A stretch of 64,000 nt of DNA, taken from contig CBDCLE010000004.1 in the NCBI GenBank assembly GCA_965218585.1, positions 96,001 to 160,000 of the forward strand, in the 5' to 3' direction. This DNA comes from Terriglobia bacterium. Lineage in GTDB: Bacteria; Acidobacteriota; Terriglobia; 20CM-2-55-15. Below, piece after piece: positions 11,083 to 20,766 of the stretch; positions within the stretch are counted from its first letter, which is position 1, and each line of letters starts with the position of its first letter. Position numbers and translations under genes: made by a program. The notes below the pieces were generated by a model. That model ran no database searches. It was not told the origin of the DNA and worked only from the letters and a program-made list of their open reading frames with translations.

Positions 11083-12447
11083 GAGGTCGTTCCAATCGGT
11101 GTGTAAAAAGAGAAGGCGGTGTACGCTTTCGGTGAATTCGAAACCGTAAGCAATCCCGGCAGCAATCGGGAGAAAGGTACACCACCCATGAAGAAGAAGA
11201 ACATACCGGCATCAGTGGCGTCAACGAACGCGTATGAAGGTTTGGAGGACTGGGCGCGATCCCGGGTCCAAGTCTGGCTACAGGAGCTGCTCGAGGACGA
11301 AGTCACTCAATTTCTGGGTCGGGAAAAGTCGGAGCGGAGTCCGAATCGACGAGGATACCGGAACGGTCACGGGAAACCGCGACGCTTCGCAATGATGAAC
11401 GGTACGATGGAGGTTCGACGACCTCGGGTTCGAAACACCGCCGAGCGGTTCGAGAGTCAGATCCTGCCGTATTTTCGACGGAAATCGAAACAGCTGGGCG
11501 AGCTACTTCCCGATCTCTACCTCCACGGTCTGGCCACAGGGGACTTCGAGCAGGCCATGCGCGGACTGCTTGGCGCTGGCGCTCCGTTGTCGCGAGCATC
11601 GATCCAACGACTGAAATCGACCTGGCAGTTGGAGTATGACGAGTGGGTCCAGCAGGACCTGTCCGGCCTCGAGGTCGTGTACCAGTGGGCAGACGGCTTG
11701 TACGTGAAAGCGGGGATCGCGAAAGAGCGAGCGGCATTGCTGGTGATCATCGGAGCCTTGTCAGACGGGCGCAAAGTGCTGTTGGCCTGTGAGAGCGGGC
11801 AGCGGGAAAGCAAGGAGTCCTGGAGCCGCATTCTGCGCAATCTCCAGAGACGGGGCCTGAAGCTGGGACGGCTGACTGTCGCGGACGGTCACCTGGGCAT
11901 CTGGTCCGCGCTGGCCGAGCAACAGCCCCAGGGCCAGGAACAACGCTGCTGGAACCACAAGTCGATCAACGTGGTCGATCATCTGCCGAAGACCGAGCAG
12001 CCCGCGGCCAGACAGCTGCTTCATGGGATGGCCTTCGCGAACTCCCGCGCGGCCTGCGAACGAAAGCGGGATCAGTTCGTCCGCCGATATGAGAAGAACT
12101 ATCCCAAAGCGGGTGAGACGCTGTTGCGGGACTGGGACCGGATGATTACTTTCTATGAGTTCCCGAAACAACACTGGGTGCATCTGAGAACAACCAACAT
12201 CGTCGAATCGCCCTTCGACATGGTTCGCCTCCGCACCAACGCCGCTCGCCGATTCAAGCGTGTCGAGAATGCAACGGCAATGATCTGGAAGCTACTACGT
12301 GTCGCTGAGAAGGCTTGGCGACACTTAAAAGGATCCGAACTCTTACAAGAGGTCTATGATGGTCAGCAATTCGCTGACGGCATCAGAGTCGTGATGAAAT
12401 CGAAGGCCGCCGCCTGATGACTTTTACACACCTTTTGTAATAACCTC
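11083..12447 (+). mobile_element. IS256-family element, transposase about 11188-12417
   Basis: IRs GAGGT...GGTGTGTAAAA; TSD ATGGCAAT; motifs YRNGH, WADGLY, QRCWNHK, LRTTNIVES. Confidence 0.92.
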
Positions 12448-12674
12448 ATGGCAATGAGATCGGAAGCCAGTACGTTTTCGTGGCGTTTGACCGTGACTCG
12501 AAACTCGCTATCAACCACACGATAGGAAAGCGTAGCCCAGCTACAACCCGTCAATTCGTGGGTGACCTGAAACGCCGTGTCAGTGGGAGGGTGCAAATCA
12601 GCACAGACGGATTTGGAGCTTATCTTGGCGCAATCGAGGATACGTTCGGGGCCAACGTCGATTACGCTCAACTA

Positions 12675-13488
12675 GAGCGTGTTAACACTAATGTAGTGCC
12701 TCGACGATGAGTGCGAAGTGAAGGAAAGCGAGGAACATGACGTCGAGTTTATCGAAACGGGAGAAGATACGCCGAAAATCCTTGAGTCGGCGGAAGAGCC
12801 TCTCGACTTCGTTCCTGCGGCGGTAGAGCACGCGGTCGTATTCCCACGGCTCCAGGCGGTTGCGCTTGGGCGGCACGACGGGAATCCACCCAAAATCCAG
12901 AGCCAATTGGCGGGTCTGGTCGTCCTGGTAGGCACGGTCCATCAGCAGCGGCAGTGGCGCGGGCAACGGCCCCAGGCCGGCGAGCAGATCGCGGCCCTGC
13001 GGGGCGTCGTGCGCTTGGCCGGGCGAGAGCGCAAACGTTATCGCCGTTCGAGCATTCGCGGCAACCAGATGAATCTTGGTGGTCCATCCACCGCGGGATT
13101 TGCCGATCGCTTGCGGACCGTTTTTTTTAACGCTCCCGTGCCGTCGGGATGCACCTTCACAATGGTCGAGTCCATCGAAACGGCTTCCACCCGGATGCGC
13201 ACCAGTTGCTCGCGCTGGAGTTTTTCGAAGACGGCGTCGAGCACCCCGTTCTTGGACCAGCGGTTCATCCGGGTGTAGATGGTGTGCCAGTTGCCAAAGC
13301 GCTTGGGCAGACCGCGCCACTTGCAGCCCTGCTCAGCCACATACAAAATGGCGTTCAAGACCGTCAGGTTCGAAAGACTGACGTTGCCCCGCCGACGCGG
13401 CAGTTCCGGCTCGATGCGACAATACTGCTCCTGTGTGATCTCCATGCCTGATTATAAAACATTCATGCTCATTAGTGTTAACACACCC
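12675..13488 (-). mobile_element. IS5-family (IS427-like) element; two ORFs (13038-13445; about 13130 to 12688) joined by a probable programmed frameshift at an A8 run (13121-13128)
   Basis: IRs containing GTGTTAACACTAATG; TA duplication; motifs GCKWRGLP, SRGGWTTKIH, YRRRNEVERLF. Confidence 0.9.
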
Positions 13489-13833
13489 TAGTGAAGGTCT
13501 ACCAGAATGAACCCGCAAGGCGAGGACGTTATGCCCCATCGAAGTTCGTCCGGGCGATCTCAACCACCATATCGGGCAATCCCGATCCCAAGCTCATCTG
13601 TACGTCCCACGTCGAACGATGCAATCTCACTATGCGCACCTTCATGCGGCGATTGACGCGCCTATGCCTCGGATTCTCGAAGAAGTTGGACAATCTGAAA
13701 GCCGCAGTCGCATTGCATTTCGCGTGGTACAACTTCTGCCGGGTTCACAGGAGCCTTCGGGTGACTCCTTGTATGGAGGCTGGGTTGGAGGATCATATCT
13801 GGACGATTGAGGAGCTAATCGCATGAGATACTA

Positions 13834-15072
13834 CTACTATGTTACAAACGGTCTATTTTATGTTAGCATCCGGTCATGAGCGCCAAATCGAAGGCGCCAG
13901 GCACTCAGGAAAAACGTTTTGCGGCCTATTTGGAACGCCTGGCGTCGGCCGCAGGACACGCCGATCGTCATGAACCGTTGAAGTCGTACTGCACCGGGTT
14001 GTTGCTGCCGATCAAACGTAAGAGTGTGGAGCCGATGGCTGCACGATTGGCTCCGGATAATGTACGCCGAATGCACCAGTCGCTACATCATCTGGTCGCG
14101 GATGCGCCCTGGGACGATGCGGCTCTGTTGGCAGAAGTTCGACAGTACGCGCTGGGGGCGATGGAAGCCAACGGTCCGATTGAAGCCTGGATTGTCGACG
14201 ACACCGGATTCGTGAAAAAGGGGACCCACTCGGTGGGTGTGGCCCGGCAATACTGTGGACAGGTCGGCAAACCTGAGAACTGCCGGGTGGCGGTGAGCCT
14301 GTCGGTGGCGACAGCGAAATCCAGCTTGCCGGTGGCATGGCGACTCTACCTCCCCGAGACCTGGGCGAAGGATCCGGAACGTCGAAGCAAAGCCGCTATT
14401 CCCGAAGACGTTCGATTTCAAACTAAACCTCAAATTGCTTTGGAACAAATCCGGCAGGCCGTCGATGACGGCATTGCTCCGGCACCGGTTCTGGGCGATA
14501 CGGCCTACGGCAACAACTACAAGTTCCGGCACGGCATCACCGAACTCGGACTTAGCTACGTCCTAGGGGTGCAAGGCACCACGACCGTGTGGAAACCGGG
14601 CCAGGGTCCCTTGCCGCCGAAATCCTTGACCGGCCGCGGACGGACACCGACCCGCATGCAGCGCAACAAGAAACATCAACCGGTTTCGGTCAAGCAACTG
14701 GCCCTCTCGTTGTCTCCCCAGCGTTGGAAGAACGTCTCCTGGCGCGAAGGCACCTCCGAGACCCTGCGTTCCCGTTTCGCCGCAGTTCGCATTCGTCCCG
14801 CTCATCTGGATCACGAGCGCCACTCGCCGCATCCGAAAGAGTGGTTGTTGGTCGCCGAGCGGAGCTGTTTTTCCCCCTCTGCATTTGTCGAGCATGTTGG
14901 ACTATCCGTCCCCAAACTCCCCAAACACTTCAAACCCCGCAGAACCCCGGATCCGGCCCGAACGACATAACCCCTGCTCGATTGCCACGCTTCGCATTCG
15001 CATCGCCCGCTTCCTGATTCAGCAGCTTCCTCATTGTCCGTTCTGTGGACCGCTTCGTTTATAACACAGTAG
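13834..15072 (+). mobile_element. IS701-family element copy 1; transposase 13876-14970 with a 3' internal deletion
   Basis: IRs CTACT(A/G)TGTTA(C/T)AAACG; TSD TACTA; motifs VDDTGFVKKG and ARQYCG. Lacks the RWIIERDYQELK segment present in copy 2. Confidence 0.9.
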
Positions 15073-15119
15073 TACTACAAGGGCTACAGGAAAAAAATAT
15101 CAGAACAAAAGCACACGCT

Positions 15120-16752
15120 GATATGGATTGACCCTGTCAAGCTTCCGTTACGTTTCTCGAATGCGCCTCCTTCAATGTGCTGGATTCAGGGCGCGGCCGG
15201 CATGATTCGCGACGGTGGATCACTCTGATATTCGTGGGTTGGCTACCACCTGACATCACTTCGTCGCGGAGCTGCCTCGGTCTAAGGACGTGGGTCGGTC
15301 TGGCTGAGCCAAGCCTCTCATAGCGTGCACGAGGATTCTCCTCACCGGCCTGCCACGCCCTGAATCCAACACATTACGTTTTTTGGGTCCAGCCTTGCTC
15401 CGGAAGCGCATGATGGCATTGCGCCCGGGGAGGCGTCGGAGGAGTTTTCCACACCTTGTCCATGGCACCGCGTGCTTCGAATACACGGCGGAGCAGTGGC
15501 AAGGTGTGGAGAACTCCGGCCCATCTCTCAGCTCCGCGCCCGCGTTGCATGGGCTCGGCCCATCACCTCGCAAGCAATCGCCCAGATGAACCCCACCAGC
15601 TCGCGGGCCACCGCGGTGGTGACCACGCACTTCGCCTTGCCCGCGCTATACAGATGCCGGTACCGCGCACACAGCCGCTTCTGGGCTGCCCAGGCGATGG
15701 CCTGCACTGCTGGCGGCGCCGCACTCGCCTTGCATCTCAAGTGCCTGGTTTTGCGCGCAGGGAACCGGTAGCTCCAGGCCGATTCAACCAGCACGCGGCG
15801 CACGTGTCCATTGCCTGTTTTCGTGATGGCTCCTTGGCGCCGCCGCGGCCCCGAGGAGTGCTCGCTCGGCACCAGCCCCAGAAAGCTCATCAGCTCGCGC
15901 GGCGAATCAAAACGCGTCAGGTCCCCGAGTTCGGCCAGCACCGTCATGGCCGTGACCACATCCACCCCGCGCAACGCGATCAGCGCCTCGACCATCGGAC
16001 GCAGCGACCACCGCTCCAACACCTCGCGCATCTGCCCTTCCAGGCCCGCCACGCGGCGGCGCGCCTCCATCACCGTATCGACGTATTCCTGAAACACCAC
16101 CTGCTGTACCGGATGCTCGAACCGCTGCTCCTCCAGCCACCGAAAGTGCCGTTGCGTCCACCGGCTCTTGCCTTCCCGATACACTCGATCATGACGCAGC
16201 AGAAACACCCCCAGTCGCTGCCGAGCCTTGGCCTCGATCGCCTTCATGTCCTCGCGCGCCCGCGTCAGGTCGCGCATCGCCTCCTGCTCCTCGTCGGGCA
16301 CCCACACCGCCGTCAGCTCCCCCGACCGATGCAGCCGCGCCAGCTTCACCGCGTCGCGCCGATCCGTCTTCACTCGCTCCCCCGCGCGCCGCGGGATCAG
16401 GCTCGGCGCGACCACCTCGCAATAGTGGCCGGTGTCGATGATCTCTCGATACACCCCATACCCGCACGGTCCCGCCTCGTAGCAGAAGCTCAACACCTCT
16501 GCGTGCGGACTCAGGCTGCGAATGAGTCGCAGCAGCGATTTGCGTTGATTCTTGATCTCGCCCCGGTACACCGGCGCCTCACGTCCGGGCAGCGCTACCG
16601 CCACCGCGATCGTGTCCTTGTGAACGTCCAGTCCAACGTATGCACTACACTTGTTCATGACCTGCCCTCCTCGTTGTGGCTCTGTGTCGAAGGTTCCTCG
16701 CCCCGCAACATAACCCACGCGTACGAGGCCAGGGCAGGTCAATCCATGGTGT
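15120..16752 (-). mobile_element. IS110-family (IS1111 group) element inserted in the IRR of the IS1 transposon; transposase about 15528-16658/16742
   Basis: Motifs VGLDVHK, CYEAGP, KTDRRDA, GLVPSEHSSG. Sub-terminal IRs ATGGATTGACC; duplicated CT core at both junctions; about 400-nt non-coding region downstream of the transposase. Confidence 0.92.
15174..15375 (-). ncRNA. Candidate bridge/seek RNA of the IS1111-group element
   Basis: Closing stem (15174-15197 with 15352-15375) encloses four short segments that match target and donor halves in the expected order. Confidence 0.55.
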
Positions 16753-16901
16753 CTAATCCCGCACTACCGGGAGGCAAGAGTTGGCCGTCTTTCGGGGCCT
16801 CTCCGCGCATTTTCCTGGTAGGCGGTGCTGGCACGCCCGGCACCGTTCTTATGAAAGGACTTTCGTCGTTTGGTGGGACCCCTTATCTCCGCAGAAAGGA
16901 G

Positions 16902-17930
16902 TCACACAACGTGGATGCAGGCTTCGCTGTGCGGAAGAGCGCGGCCGATTTCAGCGACATCGATGCCCTCCCCAACAAGTGCATCGATCAGGCTGGAAGA
17001 ATCTGCTTCGTTTATGAAAATAAGCAAGCCACCGGAGGTCTGGGGATCGAATAGAACGCTCTGGTGGTCTTCCGGTATCTGGGGACTCCAGGTGACGTGG
17101 GGAGAAAAGAATTCGCGATTGCTGTTCAATCCGCCAGCGCGGTGCCCCTTGGCGCTGTAATCGAGAGCACCATCAAAGATCGGCAGGCGGGTGTGGTCGA
17201 CTTCGATGGTCAGATTGCTGGCGCGCGCCACTTCAACGGCATGGCCTGTCAAACCAAAACCACTGATATCGGTCATCGTGCGGACGTCGAACTGAGACAC
17301 GATTTCGGCTGCCCTCTTATTGGTTTCAATCATCGAACGGAGCGCGGCATCAACATGCGCTGCCTCCGCCTCTTCTCTCTTCGAGGCTGTCGCGATGAGT
17401 CCCGTCCCCAGGCGTTTGGTCAGCAACACGCTGTCGCCGGCGAGCGCTCCACTGTTATCTCGAATCCGTGTGGGATCCACAGTCCCCGTCACTGCATAGC
17501 CAAACTTTATCTCTTCGTCCTTAACCGAATGCCCTCCCAGCAGCGCCACACCGCACTCGTTGAGCTTGTCCAAACCCCCGTCAATGATGTCCCTCAGCAG
17601 GCTGGGATCCGCCTTGCCTTCCGGAAAACCTACGACCGAAAGCGCCGTCAGGGGCGTAGCGCCCATCGCGTATATGTCGCTCAACGCGTTTGCTGCGGCG
17701 ATCTGCCCGAAGGAGAAAGCGTCATCAACGATGGGTGCAAAGAAATCGACGGTTTGGACCAGGGCGATATCGTCGGTGAGGCGATACACTCCGGCGTCAT
17801 CGGCATGATCGAAGCCGACGAGGATTTCAGGAATTTGCTGGGCCTTGAGGCCTTTGAGCGCGCGGTCCAAGTCCCTTGGACTTAACTTACCTGCTCAGCC
17901 GGCACATTTCGCAAAACTAGTTAGCTTCAT
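16902..17930 (-). CDS. selD: Selenide, water dikinase, Sec-containing (UGA at 17895-17897)
   Basis: True start ATG 17930 after RBS GAGGGAG gives MKLTSFAKCAG-U-AGKLSP. Motifs DDAGVY, QTVDFF, DIYAMG, GGHS, DPQTSGGLL. Hairpin AAGTCC-AAG-GGACTT lies about 11 nt after the UGA. Confidence 0.93.
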
Positions 17931-18327
17931 CCACTCCCTCGAACGCTGCCTGACTTGGGCCAGACTCTTCGCCATCCGGGTGATCTTCACTCATACGACT
18001 GCGGCCGTTGAGTGAACCGCCGTCTTCGATGACCAAGGCTGGCGTGCGGATATCGGCGGTGACGCGCCCCGTAGATCGGATCTCGATCCTCCGGGCGGCT
18101 TCGATGTTTCCAGAAACACGCCCATGGATTTCGACCTCACCGGCATGAATGTCGGCGTGAACGTCGGCGTGCTCACCAACGGTTAAAACATCATCGGTTG
18201 CAATGGAGCCGTGGAAATCGCCATCGATTCTGAGCGTTCCAGAAAACCGGAGTTCCCCGGTTACGGCAGTGCCGTGATCCAGAAAACCGGTGATCTCTTC
18301 AGAGGAAACCTTTCCCCGACGTCGCAT
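17917..18327 (-). CDS. Bactofilin (polymer-forming cytoskeletal protein)
   Basis: GELRFSGTLRIDG...G-V-G repeats; usual position after parB. Confidence 0.9.
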   Translation of the reverse strand: MRRRGKVSSEEITGFLDHGTAVTGELRFSGTLRIDGDFHGSIATDDVLTVGEHADVHADIHAGEVEIHGRVSGNIEAARRIEIRSTGRVTADIRTPALVIEDGGSLNGRSRMSEDHPDGEESGPSQAAFEGVDEAN

Positions 18328-18345
18328 GGAACCTCCCGGGCGCGG

Positions 18346-19203
18346 TCAGAAGCGCGCCTGAAGCAATCCATTGTAAAGCCTGTCGAGTTCATCTTTCGAA
18401 TGAAAGTGAATCTCGATCTTGCCCTTGTTGCCCGACTGTCGAATCGTCACCTTTGTCGCCAGAGCGCGCTCCAGCCCGCGGATAGCTGCCCGTACGTTCG
18501 GATCGATATCTGTACCCGTCTTTCCCTTCTCACGTTTCGGTCTGCCGGGACGGTTGACCAGGGCCTCGGCTTGCCGAACCGAATAGTTGCCACGGATCAT
18601 TTCCTGGGCCGCGGCCAGAATCTCTTCCGCATCCGTCAGTGAAAGCAGCGCTTTGGCGTGCCCGACCGTGAGTTTTCCGTCCTGCAGCCACAATTGCACT
18701 TCCCCGGGGAGCTTCAACAGTCGAAGCATGTTGGCTATCGTGGCGCGGCTCTTGCCCACACGCTCAGCTAACTCGTCCTGCTTCAGCCCGAACTCCGACA
18801 AGAGTCGTTGATAGGCCTGGGCTTCGTCGATCGGGTTGAGATCTTCCCGTTGAACGTTTTCGACCAGTGCCAATTCCAACGCCTGGTGCTGGTGGGTTTC
18901 ACGGACCAGAGCCGGCACCCGCGCCAGCCCCGCCTTCTGGGCTGCCCGCCATCGGCGCTCTCCGGCAACGATCTGAAAGACGCCGTCCTGGAGCGATCGC
19001 ACCACGATGGGCTGGACCACACCGTGGATCCGAATCGACGCAGCGAGATCATCTAAACCACTGACATTAAATGACTTACGTGGCTGATCAGCGTTCGGAA
19101 TAATCCTGTCGATATCTATTTCACGTAAGCGGTCCGACTCAAGATCGGGTGTGCCGAGCAGTGCGCTCAGCCCCCGGCCTAAAGCTTTTCTCTGCGCGGG
19201 CAT
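18346..19203 (-). CDS. parB: Chromosome partitioning protein ParB
   Basis: ALGRGLSALL, QPRK, AGERRWRA, ENVQREDLNP. Confidence 0.97.
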   Translation of the reverse strand: MPAQRKALGRGLSALLGTPDLESDRLREIDIDRIIPNADQPRKSFNVSGLDDLAASIRIHGVVQPIVVRSLQDGVFQIVAGERRWRAAQKAGLARVPALVRETHQHQALELALVENVQREDLNPIDEAQAYQRLLSEFGLKQDELAERVGKSRATIANMLRLLKLPGEVQLWLQDGKLTVGHAKALLSLTDAEEILAAAQEMIRGNYSVRQAEALVNRPGRPKREKGKTGTDIDPNVRAAIRGLERALATKVTIRQSGNKGKIEIHFHSKDELDRLYNGLLQARF

Positions 19204-19954
19204 TGATGACCTCCTTGGCCAGCCGAATATAGCTCACCGCGCCCTTCGACTTAATATCATAGAGCAGGATGGGCTGGCCGTGGCTTGGGGCTTCGCCAAG
19301 CCGAACGTTCCTGGGTATTTTCGTCGAAAATAACTGAGGGCCAAAGAAAGATGCCAGGTCTGCATGAACTTGCTGCGCGAGGTTGGTTCTCTCATCGAAC
19401 ATGGTAACCAAGACCCCTTCGATTTCAAGGTCCGGATTCCTTTGACGACGGATCTGGCGGATCGTCTCGACGAGCTCGGAGATACCCTCCAGGGCAAAAT
19501 ACTCGCACTGGATGGGGATCAGAACGCTGTCGGCCGCCACGAGGGCGTTTACGGTCAACAGATCCATAGCCGGCGGGCAATCGATCAGAATGAAATCGTA
19601 ATCATCTGCGATAGGATGAAGCAAATCACGGAGTCGACGATCTCTGCCCTCTTCCTGGGCAAGTTCTAGCGTCAAACCGACCAACTCGCGGCCTGCAGGG
19701 GCCAGAAAAAGCGACTCAAGCTCGGTAGGCAGGAGAATGGACGAGATGGGCTCTCCGAACGCCAGCGAGTGATAGGTCGAGTTTTCATAAGCATCCCGCC
19801 GCACACCAAGTCCGGAGGTCGCGTTTCCCTGGGAATCCAGATCCACGAGGAGGGTCCGCATCTCGGCTGCGGCCAAAGACGCGGCCAGATTGATGGCGGT
19901 CGTTGTCTTGCCGACACCACCTTTCTGGTTCGAAATGGCGATGATTCGTCCCAT
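19139..19954 (-). CDS. parA: Chromosome partitioning ATPase ParA/Soj
   Basis: NQKGGVGKTT, DLDSQGN, IDCPP, IPRNVRLGEAPS. Confidence 0.97.
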   Translation of the reverse strand: MGRIIAISNQKGGVGKTTTAINLAASLAAAEMRTLLVDLDSQGNATSGLGVRRDAYENSTYHSLAFGEPISSILLPTELESLFLAPAGRELVGLTLELAQEEGRDRRLRDLLHPIADDYDFILIDCPPAMDLLTVNALVAADSVLIPIQCEYFALEGISELVETIRQIRRQRNPDLEIEGVLVTMFDERTNLAQQVHADLASFFGPQLFSTKIPRNVRLGEAPSHGQPILLYDIKSKGAVSYIRLAKEVINARAEKSFRPGAERTARHTRS

Positions 19955-19986
19955 ATGAGGCGGAATGTACCACAGGGCCGGAAAAG

Positions 19987-20002
19987 TGTTCCACGTGGAA
20001 CA
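19987..20002. promoter_or_regulatory. parS centromere site
   Basis: Perfect palindrome TGTTCCACGTGGAACA matching the bacterial parS consensus, just upstream of parA. Confidence 0.92.
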
Positions 20003-20143
20003 CTACCCTTAGAGCCCCTTGACCTTGGCTTACTCTGGCCTCCGGAATCGGCTTTTCGACCCAAAAAACTCATCCTGAGTCTGTTGGAGATTCCGGAGTC
20101 TGTTTGAATCCTCTCTCCCAACAGACCCAGAAGAGGTCCGGAC

Positions 20144-20731
20144 TCAAAGCTCAAAAACAAGGGCGCGGCGGTCAGAAAAGGGTATTTCGAGATCATGGGT
20201 GGGCAGCTCCGGAGGTTCGGCTGTCTTGGTAAACCAAACCACATTAGTGGCTTCTGTCTTCTTGGGGCGCATTTTCTCCAGCAACCGGGCTGTCAGCCGC
20301 ACCCCCTGAAGCGTTACCCAATTTGCTGGTGTGATTTCGCTGGCGACATCTTCGAAGCGTCCCCGATGAACCGTAACTCTTTCGAGGCCGAGCTTACGCG
20401 CGGCTTGTCTCAAGAAGGCCGCACGGCGAGTCCGCGCCTCTACCAATTGCGTCGCGGCAAAATCGCCTCGAATATGCCAGGGGATGGCGGGGGAGCCGTT
20501 TCCCGACCCGATGTCCAGATAATATCCCCTTGGCGACAGCCGCTCTAACGCCCAAAGAGGCTCAATGACCAGGTGGCGAATCAGGGAAGGGCCCTTGAGG
20601 GCAGTGAGATTGATGGTTCGGTTCCATCGCTCGAGCTCGAAGATATAGCTCAGAAGCTGTTCGAGCTCCCCATCTCTCAAACGCAACTCGTACTCTTTCA
20701 GTTGAGCTTGGAGAATCGCAGCGTGAGACAC
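20144..20731 (-). CDS. rsmG: 16S rRNA m7G527 methyltransferase
   Basis: WNRTINLTA, LDIGSGNGSP; follows mnmG. Confidence 0.9.
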   Translation of the reverse strand: MSHAAILQAQLKEYELRLRDGELEQLLSYIFELERWNRTINLTALKGPSLIRHLVIEPLWALERLSPRGYYLDIGSGNGSPAIPWHIRGDFAATQLVEARTRRAAFLRQAARKLGLERVTVHRGRFEDVASEITPANWVTLQGVRLTARLLEKMRPKKTEATNVVWFTKTAEPPELPTHDLEIPFSDRRALVFEL

Positions 20732-20766
20732 TAAGCACCGGCGTCAAAGCAATAACTCATTTATTA

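Larger units (their letters stand above)
9652..13826 (+). pseudogene. IS1-family transposase (313 aa reconstructed) split by IS21, IS256 and IS5 insertions
   Basis: Segments 9652-9957, 11002-11082, 12456-12674 and 13491-13826 join in frame once IS and TSDs are removed. Zn ribbon CIHC/CTFC, HTH, DDE residues in QCDEIW, STDGF and HVER. Confidence 0.92.
7803..16768 (+). mobile_element. IS1-family cargo transposon (about 2.85 kb once five nested IS are removed)
   Basis: IRL GGTAGTGCGGGATTAGCGTGTGCT (7803-7826). IRR is its perfect complement, split into 15110-15119 plus 16755-16768 by an IS110. Target duplication GGGAGGCA at 7795-7802 and 16769-16776. Contains an IS1-type transposase. Confidence 0.9.

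Noticed and set aside
19139-19203. 65-nt parA/parB overlap as a frameshift
   Set aside because: Both proteins contain their full conserved cores; a short C-terminal run-on explains it.
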